Assembly: GCA_963716175.1 (NCBI GenBank)
Contig: OY970296.1
Location: 320,001-384,000 of the forward strand
From: an uncultured Armatimonadetes bacterium
GTDB lineage: Bacteria; Armatimonadota; Hebobacteria; Hebobacterales; Hebobacteraceae
DNA length: 64,000 bases
Direction: 5' to 3'
Part shown: piece after piece, positions 51,014 to 60,333 of the stretch
Layout: every line of letters starts with the position of its first letter
How positions within the stretch are numbered: the stretch's first letter is position 1
Notes under the pieces: model-generated
Told to the model about the DNA's origin: nothing
Databases searched by the model: none
The model's input: only the letters and a program-made list of their open reading frames with translations
Translations under genes and position numbers: made by a program

Positions 51014-51141
51014 CAGAGAACAGACCGCGGCTGCGTTGCTCCATACAGCCGGGTACGCATGGACGAGGAAAGGAGGTGAAGCGAAGCCCTGTGTCGCGTG
51101 ACATGTCGTAGCTGCAAGCAAGAGAGGAGGTCTGAGAGACC

Positions 51142-52176
51142 ATGGTCCGGAGAAGGCGTGGCTTCACCTTGATCGAGCTGTTGGTTGTGATCGCAATCAT
51201 TGCGATCCTCGCGGCGATGCTCTTCCCGGTTTTCGCCCGGGCGCGCGAGTCGGCCCGCAAGATCCAGTGCCTCTCGAATGTCAAAAACGTCGCGATGGCG
51301 GTCCAGATGTACCTCGCAGACTGGGACCGCTACATGGTGCTGGAGCACCGCGCTGAGGTGCTCGCCTACTACGACGCGAAGAACCCCGACGGCGGGTACA
51401 GCAGCAGCTATCACTGCGCGCACGGCACCTACTTCGCCAACCCCTACCTGAGGATGCCGGTGCTGCTGGACGAGTACATCAGGAACCGGGATGTCTGGCG
51501 GTGCCCAAGCGCGAAGTTCGAGCAGGGCGCAATTTCGATTAATGGCTGGCCGGACTGGTTCGCCTGGCGGCTGAAGTACGACGGCCAGGTGTGTCACACC
51601 AATACCTGCTGCCCCCAGTACCCAAACGGCTGGGGAGGCACCGTCACCGACTCAGGGGCCCAGCAGATGGTGGCAAGCGGCATCGGGGGGACTAAGGATA
51701 CCGCGCTTGGGGCTTTCGCCATGAGCCTCACCATCAACCGCGGGGACTATGAGGCCAAGGAGTCGCAGATTAGCGATCCGTCCACGCATGGAGTGGTCGC
51801 CGATGGCGGGAACGTCACGGATGAGCTGGCGGAGGCAACCGCGGCCTACCCCGACGTCTGCCTGCTGGACTGCGGCAACTCGGTGTGCAGTTGGGTGGAT
51901 TGGGAGAACTGCAGCGAGAACGCGAGCTGCGGCTTGTACAACCGGGCGCCCACGAGCGGGGTCTTGCTGAGCGACCTCCAGATGCGAAAGTCCTACGCGC
52001 GTCACTTGGGTGGAACCAATGTCGGCTTCTGGGACGGGCACGCCGCCTGGATCAGCTCGGAGGCCTTGATAGACGCCGTCGAGGCGGGCCAGCTCCAAGG
52101 CTTCGACGTGTCCTGGGGCCCGCGCTCCTACTGCGGCTTCGCCGAGGAGTACCCGGGAGTGCCGACACTGCGATAA
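51142..52176 (+). CDS. Prepilin-type / DUF1559 / H-X9-DG protein (paralogue 4)
   Basis: [10 protein letters not shown]..., [15 protein letters not shown]. Confidence 0.92.
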   Translation: MVRRRRGFTLIELLVVIAIIAILAAMLFPVFARARESARKIQCLSNVKNVAMAVQMYLADWDRYMVLEHRAEVLAYYDAKNPDGGYSSSYHCAHGTYFANPYLRMPVLLDEYIRNRDVWRCPSAKFEQGAISINGWPDWFAWRLKYDGQVCHTNTCCPQYPNGWGGTVTDSGAQQMVASGIGGTKDTALGAFAMSLTINRGDYEAKESQISDPSTHGVVADGGNVTDELAEATAAYPDVCLLDCGNSVCSWVDWENCSENASCGLYNRAPTSGVLLSDLQMRKSYARHLGGTNVGFWDGHAAWISSEALIDAVEAGQLQGFDVSWGPRSYCGFAEEYPGVPTLR

Positions 52177-52207
52177 GGGACCGAGCCTCCTGAACAATGC
52201 GCACGAT

Positions 52208-52244
52208 CTGCGGACGGAGCGGGACGGCAGCGCTCCGTCCGCAG
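52208..52244 (+). terminator. Hairpin downstream of paralogue 4
   Basis: CTGCGGACGGAGCG-9 nt-CGCTCCGTCCGCAG. Confidence 0.65.
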
Positions 52245-52483
52245 CGCTATCTGGTTGCGCGGCAGGAGGGCTGCCGGCTGCTACCGAAGACCCGGCCCCA
52301 GGCTAGACGCGTTATCCGCGGAAGGCAATTGATGGGTGTCTGGCTGTGATGCTCGTAGTGGCCGCCGCCACCATCGCCGCCGTCAACCGCACACGCGTCC
52401 CGGCTGCGGCCGGCCGCAAAGCCAAGGGATGATAGTGGAGGCGCTAGGATGAGCTACTCGCGGCTTCCGGTTGGGATTGCGCG

Positions 52484-54106
52484 GTGAGCGGGCCCGCGTG
52501 CGCAGGGGAGAGTGCGGGACGGGGGGCCTCGGTATGGGTCTCCTCCCCGTGGCAGCACGTGCTCAAGACAGCAAAGCCGGGCCCGACCCAGTCGGTTCGC
52601 CTAAGCGCTGCGCGCAATGAGTACGAGCCGGCGCGAGTGGTCATCACGGCAGGCGGCACCTCCCTGCGCGACGTTAATGCCGCTGCCAGTCCTCTGGTCG
52701 GCCCCGGTGGAGGGCAGATCGCGGCTTCCAATATCTGCTTCTACCGCGAGCATTACATCAACATCCACAAGCCTAGCCCCCGCTCCACCGCCGCGCCTGG
52801 GTGGTACCCGGACCCACTGATCCCGTTCCTTGATCCGGTCACCGGCCGCCCCATCGCTGAGGCCCGGTACCGTGGCGCGCCCTTTGATGTGGAGGCCCGG
52901 TGCAGCCAGGGCATATGGGTTGACCTCTACGTGCCGCGCAACACATCAGCAGGCGAATATGAGGGTGCGATTACCATCACCTGCTCAGGGCACGCGATCG
53001 CCCGCGTGCCGCTGTCGCTGACCGTCTTCGATTTCACTCTCCCGGACACGTTCGCGTTGAGGTCGAACTTCGGCTCTCTAGGAGGCAGCCTCGCGGAGCG
53101 CCTCGGGATGGACCGGGACTCTGATGAGTTCGCGCAGGTCGAGGTCCTGTACTGCGATACCCTCCTCGCTCACCGCTGCATTCCCAGCGGCCTGGGACGT
53201 ATCTGGCCGGATTGGAGCCCTGAGAAGGGCCTCGACGATGCGAGCAGTGTTGAGCGCCTGCGCAGCATGGTCCGGGAGCGGCATGTCAACTCACTGATGG
53301 TCCCGTTCCGGTACTGGGAAGAGCGCGGCAAGTGCGCGGCCTACCTGCGCGCGATGGAGGGCTGCCTGGACCGCCAGGGCTTCCTGGATCTCTGTTACAT
53401 CTACATGCTCGACGAACCGAACACTGCGGAGCAATACGAGACTGTCCGGCAGCAAGGAAAGTTGATTCACAAGGCCGCTCCCGGCATCAAGCGCCTTTGC
53501 ACTGAGCAGACCATCACTCAGGATCCCGCCTTCGGGGACCTATACGGCGCAGTGGACATCTGGTGCCCGCTGTGGGGGCTTTATGACGAGCAGACGGCGC
53601 GGGAGCGACAGGCCCTGGGTGAGGAGATATGGAGCTACACCGCGCTCTGCCAGATGGACGAGAAGAACCCATTCTGGGAGATCGACTTCCCGCCGATCGT
53701 GTACCGGGCGCCGTTCTGGGTGAACTGGCATCACCACATCAAGGGGTTCCTCTATTGGTCCAGCATCCACTGGAGGGACAGCGCCACAGCCTGGGAGGCG
53801 CCTCTCTATGACGACGCATACTGGGGCGAAGGTGTGCTGCTCTATCCCGGAAAGCCGGCCGGTATCAGGGGACCGGCGCCGTCCCTGCGCCTGAAGCTGA
53901 TCCGCGAGGCGATGGAGGACTACGAGTACATGGCGCTCGCAGAGAAGCTCGTCGGCAGGGAGAAGGTGGATCGAGTGGTCAGCTCGCGGGCGCGCTCTTT
54001 CACTGATTGGGACAGAGATCCTGACGCCTATCTGCGCGGGAGAACGGAGCTGGCGAACCTGGTCGAGCGAGCAGGTCGAGGCGGTGCCAGCAATCGGGAT
54101 CAGTAA
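52484..54106 (+). CDS. GH123-like / DUF4091 glycoside hydrolase
   Basis: AARNEYE, YPDPLIP, WVDLYVP...AGEYEG, DEP, DIWCP, GFLYW, GEG.LLYPG, SLRL..IRE..EDYEY. Start codon uncertain. Confidence 0.8.
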   Translation: MSGPACAGESAGRGASVWVSSPWQHVLKTAKPGPTQSVRLSAARNEYEPARVVITAGGTSLRDVNAAASPLVGPGGGQIAASNICFYREHYINIHKPSPRSTAAPGWYPDPLIPFLDPVTGRPIAEARYRGAPFDVEARCSQGIWVDLYVPRNTSAGEYEGAITITCSGHAIARVPLSLTVFDFTLPDTFALRSNFGSLGGSLAERLGMDRDSDEFAQVEVLYCDTLLAHRCIPSGLGRIWPDWSPEKGLDDASSVERLRSMVRERHVNSLMVPFRYWEERGKCAAYLRAMEGCLDRQGFLDLCYIYMLDEPNTAEQYETVRQQGKLIHKAAPGIKRLCTEQTITQDPAFGDLYGAVDIWCPLWGLYDEQTARERQALGEEIWSYTALCQMDEKNPFWEIDFPPIVYRAPFWVNWHHHIKGFLYWSSIHWRDSATAWEAPLYDDAYWGEGVLLYPGKPAGIRGPAPSLRLKLIREAMEDYEYMALAEKLVGREKVDRVVSSRARSFTDWDRDPDAYLRGRTELANLVERAGRGGASNRDQ

Positions 54107-54119
54107 GGGGAGGTCCAGC

Positions 54120-55352
54120 ATGTCGTATCCTCTCATCGCTGGCGTGGCGATAATCTGCGCACTCATGGCGCCGCCGGCGAGGGCAAGCCAGGTAACTGTG
54201 GCCAAGGGCGGCCACCTGATGGTGAATGGGCAGCGGTTCTTCCCGCTGGGGCTATACGCGCGGCCCAAGACCGACCGGCCCTTCGAAGAGATGGCGGCGA
54301 TGGGCTTCAACCTGGCCTCATCAGCGTTTGATCCCACGACGTTCGATGCCGCGGCGAGGGCCGGCGTGTATCTGTGGGTACCGTTCGGCGAAGCTCTGGA
54401 CTTGTCGAGGGACCATGAGGCCAAGCAGGCGAAGATACGCGAGATCGTCTCTCGCGCCAAGGACCATCCCGCCCTGCTGATGTACGAGAGCCAGGATGAG
54501 CCCGCGTGGACCTGGAAGGAGCCGGCCAAGCCGTCCGCGCTGCCAGAGAATCTGGCCCTGGGCTATCAGCTCGTGAAGCAGCTGGACCCGAGTCACCCGG
54601 TGACACTCAACCACGCACCCCAGAACACCGCGAAGACGCTGCGCAAGTACAACGTCGCCTGCGATGCGATCTCGGTGGACATCTACCCGGTTATCCCGAG
54701 GAACATCCTGCACATGTATGCCATCACTCGGGATGGCCGTCACGGGGATCTCAGGAACCAGACCATATCGTGCGTGGGGGAGTACGTGGACAAGATGCGC
54801 CAGGTGGCCGGCCCGGATCGGCCGGTCTGGATGGTGCTTCAGGGCTTCGCGTGGGCCGATCTCGACGAGGAGGCCAGAGTGCAGTCGTCCATCGTCTACC
54901 CGAGCTATGCGCAGACGCGCTACATGGCCTGGCAGTCGGTCATCCACGGCTGCAATGGAATCCTCTACTGGGGAACACACACGCTGCCCGAGAACTCGGA
55001 GTGCTGGAGCGGGATCGCCAAGACGGTGCGCGAGCTGGCCGACCTATCCGCGGTGCTGAACGCCGACGAGGTGGCCGTGGCTATCGAGAAGGACTACGAT
55101 GAACTCGGGTACTCCATTGACGTTGGCATCGAGACATCGGTGCGCGACGCGAATGGTTCCCGCTACCTGCTGGCCGCCAACTCCGGCATCGATCCGGCCG
55201 CCTTGACATTCCGCGGCCGAGATCTGTTTGCCGACGGCGAAGTTCAGGTGGTCGGCGAAGGGCGCAGTGCCACCGTGGTCGGTGGGGCCCTGCACGACGC
55301 TTTCAAGGGTCTGGACGTGCACATCTACCAGGGCAGGAAGCCGGCTGGTTGA
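54120..55352 (+). CDS. Secreted putative glycoside hydrolase (clan A-like TIM barrel)
   Basis: Signal peptide; VNGQRFFPLGLY, GFN, HPALLMY...DEP, DPSHP, D.YP, PVWMVLQGF, IHG..GI.YW. Confidence 0.65.
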   Translation: MSYPLIAGVAIICALMAPPARASQVTVAKGGHLMVNGQRFFPLGLYARPKTDRPFEEMAAMGFNLASSAFDPTTFDAAARAGVYLWVPFGEALDLSRDHEAKQAKIREIVSRAKDHPALLMYESQDEPAWTWKEPAKPSALPENLALGYQLVKQLDPSHPVTLNHAPQNTAKTLRKYNVACDAISVDIYPVIPRNILHMYAITRDGRHGDLRNQTISCVGEYVDKMRQVAGPDRPVWMVLQGFAWADLDEEARVQSSIVYPSYAQTRYMAWQSVIHGCNGILYWGTHTLPENSECWSGIAKTVRELADLSAVLNADEVAVAIEKDYDELGYSIDVGIETSVRDANGSRYLLAANSGIDPAALTFRGRDLFADGEVQVVGEGRSATVVGGALHDAFKGLDVHIYQGRKPAG

Positions 55353-55459
55353 GGCCCCCGCCCAGGCAGTGGTTCCCGCGGTCGTGATTCCAGCGATAGC
55401 TGGAACGCGAGCGAATCGCTACCACCGCCGTCCCAAGGAGTCCCGGCGAGATTGGCCGC

Positions 55460-56885
55460 CTACTCGGCCGCGCCCGCCGCGACTGCGCGGCGGATGATGG
55501 CCCGGAGGTCCCGCTCGCACTCCGGCGTCAGGCTCGGCGTCTCCGGCGACGCGAACAGAAGCGCGCGAATCCGCTCCTTGACGCGTTCCCTTTCGGAGCG
55601 CGCCCCCGACGCCTGCCAGCCCTGCAGCGACTGCCGGTCCCAGATCGCCGGCTCCCAGAGCTCTTGGCGGAACCTCTGGGCAGTCAGCCCGGACCCCATG
55701 AAGTTGCCGCCGGGTCCCACCTCCTTGATGTCCGCGACCGCGCAGGTCTCTGGGCTGACTTCGATGGGCCGTATCATGTGGGAGATCGCGCTTGCCAGTT
55801 CGGCGTCGTGGATCATCTGCTCGGGCGAGCATACTTCGTCCAGCGAGAGCAGGCCTGCGTCCATGATCGCGCTGCCCGCGGACAGAAGGCTGGCCACAGA
55901 GATCATGCCCTTCTGCATCCCGGCCTGCACCGAGGGCTCCTTCGCGTCAGTCAGTCCTGCGCCAGCGCCGGAGGACACCCCGTAGAAGCGCGCGACCTGG
56001 GCAAGTATCGCCTTGACGGCCGCACGCTCCGGTCGGCCGCCCATGCTGCGAGCGCTCTGCATGTCTGCAACAACACCGAACCCACCGAGGTGAAAAGACC
56101 GGCCGCCCCACAGCGCCCGGCCGAGCATGCCTAGGAACAGAGCCTCCGCCAGCTTCAGTACCGCAGCCCCGGCCGGGGTGACCGGCGCCGAGCTCCCCAT
56201 GGACGGCATGTGGCCAATATGCCTCTGCAGGCCGCGGCGCCTGAAGTAGAGCAGCTGCTCGCACTCCGACCGCGCCAGCCGCAGCGGGCTGATCAGGTAG
56301 CCCACTGCGCCGAAGCAGTCCTCCAGCCTCTGCCCGGTCTCTTGGGCCCAGCGCGCGATACATCTCCACCAGGTATGGGCAGAGCCCTGTGCACTGAACC
56401 GTGCCCGCGGGCTCGGCGCCATACCTCCAGGCGTACAGCTTCTCCGCCAGCGGAGTGTAGCCAGCAGGAATGCCGGCGGGTTCAAACGGCAGGCCCAGCA
56501 GACTTACGCCGCTGACCTCTGGCAGCGCGTTCCCCAGCCGAATATAGTCCCGGAGAGCGTCTTCCGCGAAGGGCTCGAGTTGATCCGTCGCCGGGTTGAG
56601 ATAGAGGCAAGCGTAGATCCCCGCATAGCAGCCGAAGCTGGCCCGATGATTCTGCCAATCGTGCTTCTCCGAATCAGAGACGAACTGCTCCACACGTGCG
56701 GGCAGGAAGCGCGCCCGCTGCTCCGCCACGTTCACCTCTGCTCCGTGATTGGCCAGCAGCGAGAGAAGCTCCCTGGACTCGACCTGCGCACCGACCTCAT
56801 GCAGCACCCGCAGTGCGGAGCGGTGGATCTCCTCGACGCTGGATGCAGGCAATGGGTCGTAGAACCTCGGTGCCATCGCGATCAT
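55460..56885 (-). pseudogene. Trimethylamine methyltransferase (MttB) family gene, frameshifted
   Basis: N-terminal part (EEIHRSALRVLHEVG) is in ORF 55947..56885; C-terminal part (ISPLR, GSSAPVTPAG, IKEVGPGGNFM) is in ORF 55460..56485; frames switch near 56357. Confidence 0.8.
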
Positions 56886-57058
56886 CCTCCGCGATCCGCA
56901 CGGCGGTCTGCCGTCCTGCCTCCAGACCCTGAAAGCAGGAACCTGGAGGATGGGGTTCGCCAGAGCCCATCGGCTTCCTATCAGCAGTGGCCCAGGATCA
57001 GCCCAGCAAGCACGGCAAGGCCGCGCACCCGGACACTGGACCTGCGATCACCCGCCCC

Positions 57059-57087
57059 TTGATCCGGGAACCAGAATGCGGTATAGC
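57059..57087 (+). promoter_or_regulatory. Candidate sigma70 promoter of the GH127 operon
   Basis: TTGATC-17 nt-TATAGC. Confidence 0.3.
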
Positions 57088-57267
57088 GTAGAGTCGGCTC
57101 GATGTTCTCAGTGGTGCTGGCTGCGGATGATCGCGGTCTGCCGTGCGGATGGCGAAGGCGGCGGAGAGCATCGGCCTGTGCAGCGGCGTATACGCGATGC
57201 GGGCCGCCGGAGCCGACGAGTCGCGAGGGGCGGGCGTAGGTACCCCAGCCCCATAGGAGGTCTGAGT

Positions 57268-59262
57268 ATGAGCACAGGCGGTCTGTTGCCACGCGCGTTC
57301 ATGCCGTTGCCCCTGGGCACCATCCGACCGCAGGGCTGGCTGCTCAACCAGCTTCGCCTCCAGGCGAATGGGCTGAGTGGGCATCTGGACGAGTTCTGGC
57401 CCGATGTCGCAGAGAGCGGATGGATCGGCGGCACAGCCGAGGCCTGGGAGCGGGGGCCATACTGGCTCGACGGGATGGTACCGTTGGCCTTTCTGTTGGA
57501 CGACGCGCGTTTGAGAACCAAGGTGCAGAGGTGGATGGACTACATCGTTCTGCACCAACACCCGGACGGATGGCTGGGGCCCATCCAGGACGTCGCCCGC
57601 GGCCGGCGCGCATACGACCCGTGGCCCGTGTTTGTGATGCTGAAGGCGATGACGCAGTACCAGGAGGCGACAGGTGACCGCCGGGTTATATCGGCAATGC
57701 TGAGATGCTTACAGCGGCTCAACTCGCTGCTAGCGGGGGAGCCGCTCAGCGAGTGGGCGCGGTACCGCTGGCAGGATCTGGTCTTGAGCATCCATTGGCT
57801 GTACGAGCAGACCGGCGATGGGTGGTTGCTGGACTTGGCTGGCATGGCCCATCAGCAGGGCCACGACTGGCGGGCACACTTCGCTGACTTCCGATATCGC
57901 GAGCGTGTGAGCAAAGAGAGCGCCTGCCACGACACCCACGTGGTGAACAACGCCATGGCGATCAAACAGCCTGGCGTGTGGTACCGCCAATCTCGAGACG
58001 ACAGCGACCGAGGCGCGGCGTCACAGATCGTCCAGACGCTGGACCGGTACCACGGGCAGGCCACGGGGCTGTTCACCGGAGACGAGCACTACGCTGGCAG
58101 AAACCCCTCGCAGGGAACCGAGTTGTGCGCGGTAGTCGAGTACATGTACTCGCTGGAAGTCTTGCTGAGCATCCTGGGAGAGCCGTGGCTCGGCGACCGA
58201 CTGGAGAAGCTCGCGTTCAACTCGCTGCCTGCAGCCTTCAGACCGGACATGTGGGCCCACCAATACGACCAGCAGGCCAATCAGGTGATCTGCCGCGTGG
58301 CAGAAGATCGGGTCTTCGCCACCAATGGGCCGGAGGCGAATATCTTTGGGCTGGAGCCCAACTACGGCTGCTGCACCGCGAATATGCATCAAGGGTGGCC
58401 CAAGTTCACCTCCCACTTGTGGATGAAGTCGCCTGACGGCGGCCTGGCCGGGCTGGCTTACGCTCCCTGTCGCCTCGCGACCGACATCGACGGCTCGCGG
58501 GTCCGCGTAACCGTCGACACCGACTACCCATTCGATGAGGTCATCACCATTCTGGTTGGCGTGGAGCAGCCGGTCAGATTCCCCCTGCGACTGCGGATCC
58601 CCGGCTGGGCAGAGGGCGCGAGCATCACAGTCGCTGATCGGCGCGCCGAGGGAGCGGAGGCGGGCGCATGGCACGGCGTGGCCCGGGAATGGCGGGGCGA
58701 GAGCAAGGTGGTGTTGCGACTCCCGATGCGGGTGAGAGTTGCCCGCGGCTATCACGACAGTGTGGTGGTCGAGCGAGGGCCACTGGTGTATGCGTTGGCG
58801 ATCGGGGAGGAGTGGCGTAAGATCGGCGGGGAAGAGCCGCACGCGGACTGGGAGGTCTACCCCACCACGCCCTGGAACTACGCGCTAGAGTTAGCTCTCG
58901 AGCATCCCGAGCGGTCAGTCCGGTTCGACAAGCTTGCGGTCGCTAACTGCCCATTCTCGCCGCAGGCAGCGCCGGTCAGGGCGAAAGCGAAAGGTCGCCA
59001 GCTCGGCCAGTGGAGGCTCGAACACAACGCGGCCGGCGATCTGCCCCAGAGCCCGGTGCGCTCTCTGGCTCCAGCGGAGGATCTGACTCTCATCCCTTAT
59101 GGCTGCACGAACCTGCGGGTGACGGAGTTCCCGCTGCTAACGTGTTTCACCGAAGGAAGTGATGGCGAAACCCCTCAAGGCGCTTCCGAGGGCGCCAAGA
59201 AGCCCGGCGTCCATCACTTCGGTACGCGAGCATCATCGGACGTGAGTGGACTCTCGAGATGA
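57268..59262 (+). CDS. GH127/GH146-like beta-L-arabinofuranosidase family protein
   Basis: WERGPYWLDG, HVVN, GDEH, GTELCAVVE, CCTAN.HQGWPK, T.YPF, LRIPGW, RGPLVY, LIPYG. Confidence 0.88.
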   Translation: MSTGGLLPRAFMPLPLGTIRPQGWLLNQLRLQANGLSGHLDEFWPDVAESGWIGGTAEAWERGPYWLDGMVPLAFLLDDARLRTKVQRWMDYIVLHQHPDGWLGPIQDVARGRRAYDPWPVFVMLKAMTQYQEATGDRRVISAMLRCLQRLNSLLAGEPLSEWARYRWQDLVLSIHWLYEQTGDGWLLDLAGMAHQQGHDWRAHFADFRYRERVSKESACHDTHVVNNAMAIKQPGVWYRQSRDDSDRGAASQIVQTLDRYHGQATGLFTGDEHYAGRNPSQGTELCAVVEYMYSLEVLLSILGEPWLGDRLEKLAFNSLPAAFRPDMWAHQYDQQANQVICRVAEDRVFATNGPEANIFGLEPNYGCCTANMHQGWPKFTSHLWMKSPDGGLAGLAYAPCRLATDIDGSRVRVTVDTDYPFDEVITILVGVEQPVRFPLRLRIPGWAEGASITVADRRAEGAEAGAWHGVAREWRGESKVVLRLPMRVRVARGYHDSVVVERGPLVYALAIGEEWRKIGGEEPHADWEVYPTTPWNYALELALEHPERSVRFDKLAVANCPFSPQAAPVRAKAKGRQLGQWRLEHNAAGDLPQSPVRSLAPAEDLTLIPYGCTNLRVTEFPLLTCFTEGSDGETPQGASEGAKKPGVHHFGTRASSDVSGLSR

Positions 59263-60245
59263 GTAAAGACGAAACAACACCTGGCAGGATGCTAGCCGCG
59301 ATCTGGCTTGGGCCTTCGCAGATGGAGATGCGAGAGGTGGAGGTTCCCAGGCCCAGCGCAGCGGAAGTCCTGGTGAAGGTAGTGGCCTGTGGGGTGTGCC
59401 ACACCGATGTCCACTGGTACGTAGGGGCGGCGTCCCACACCAGCAGGCAGCGCCCGCAGCCCAGGATATTGGGGCACGAAGTGGCTGGAATCGTGCAGGA
59501 GGTGGGCGGCAAAGTTGAGGGACTGGAGGCAGGGGATCGGGTGGCCCTGGCTGGTGGCTGGGGAGGCTATGCCCAATATGTGACTGCCTCTGCCAAGAAC
59601 GTCTGGAAGATGCCGGCTGGCATTGGCTTTGATGAGGCCGCCCTGTTGGACGGGCTGGCCTGCTGTGTGCACGGCATCAAGATAGCCAAGCCACGCCCGG
59701 GCGAGAAGGTGGCGGTGTTGGGGCCGGGACCGGCCGGGCTGTGCTATCTCCAGTTGGCCAGACTGTGCGGGGCCTCCTGGGTCGCGCTCACCGGCACCAA
59801 GGAGAAACGGTTGGAGTTGGGCCGGAGGCTGGGGGCCGACGAAACCATCAATGTCAGGCAGGAGGACACGAGAGAGAAGATCAAAGAGCTGACCGGAGGC
59901 AAGGGGATGGATCTGGTAATCGAGGCCTCGGGGAACCCGGCGGCGGCCCGCGATGCGATGCATCTGGCGCGCGACGGCGGCCGAGTCCTCATCTATGGGG
60001 TATACGGCAAGCCCGGGGAGATAGACTTGGACGCGATCATGTTCAAGCAGCTCGTGGTCCTGGGCTCGGTGTATGGACACGACTGCTATCTTGAGGCCAT
60101 GGAATCGCTGGTGGAGAAGAAGGTCAATGTCCTCGCTTATCTCACTCACCGCTTCCCCTTGGAGCGCACCCCGGAGGCCTTCCGCCTGGCGGCCAGCAAA
60201 CCCGAGGATTTCATCAAAGCGGTGATCGAAGTAGCCAGAGACTGA
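59259..60245 (+). CDS. Zinc-binding (MDR) alcohol/threonine dehydrogenase-like protein
   Basis: CGVCHTD, LGHE..G, GDRV, GPGPAG, THRFPL. Confidence 0.9.
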   Translation: MSKDETTPGRMLAAIWLGPSQMEMREVEVPRPSAAEVLVKVVACGVCHTDVHWYVGAASHTSRQRPQPRILGHEVAGIVQEVGGKVEGLEAGDRVALAGGWGGYAQYVTASAKNVWKMPAGIGFDEAALLDGLACCVHGIKIAKPRPGEKVAVLGPGPAGLCYLQLARLCGASWVALTGTKEKRLELGRRLGADETINVRQEDTREKIKELTGGKGMDLVIEASGNPAAARDAMHLARDGGRVLIYGVYGKPGEIDLDAIMFKQLVVLGSVYGHDCYLEAMESLVEKKVNVLAYLTHRFPLERTPEAFRLAASKPEDFIKAVIEVARD

Positions 60246-60333
60246 GGTGGCGCCGTGCCAGTACTGCTGACGACAGATGACAGGCCTTACATGAGCGCGC
60301 TGAGCAGCGCGTCGGAGAAGGAGACACTCAGGG

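Noticed and set aside
21019-52176. DGR or shufflon diversifying the DUF1559-like genes
   Set aside because: No reverse transcriptase, recombinase or near-identical template/variable repeat pair is visible; divergence is broad.
52307-52480. c-di-GMP-I riboswitch (GGCCGCAAAGCC) or a small membrane-protein remnant
   Set aside because: The upstream GGCAAA/GAAA stem is missing, and the hydrophobic peptide is too short to assign.
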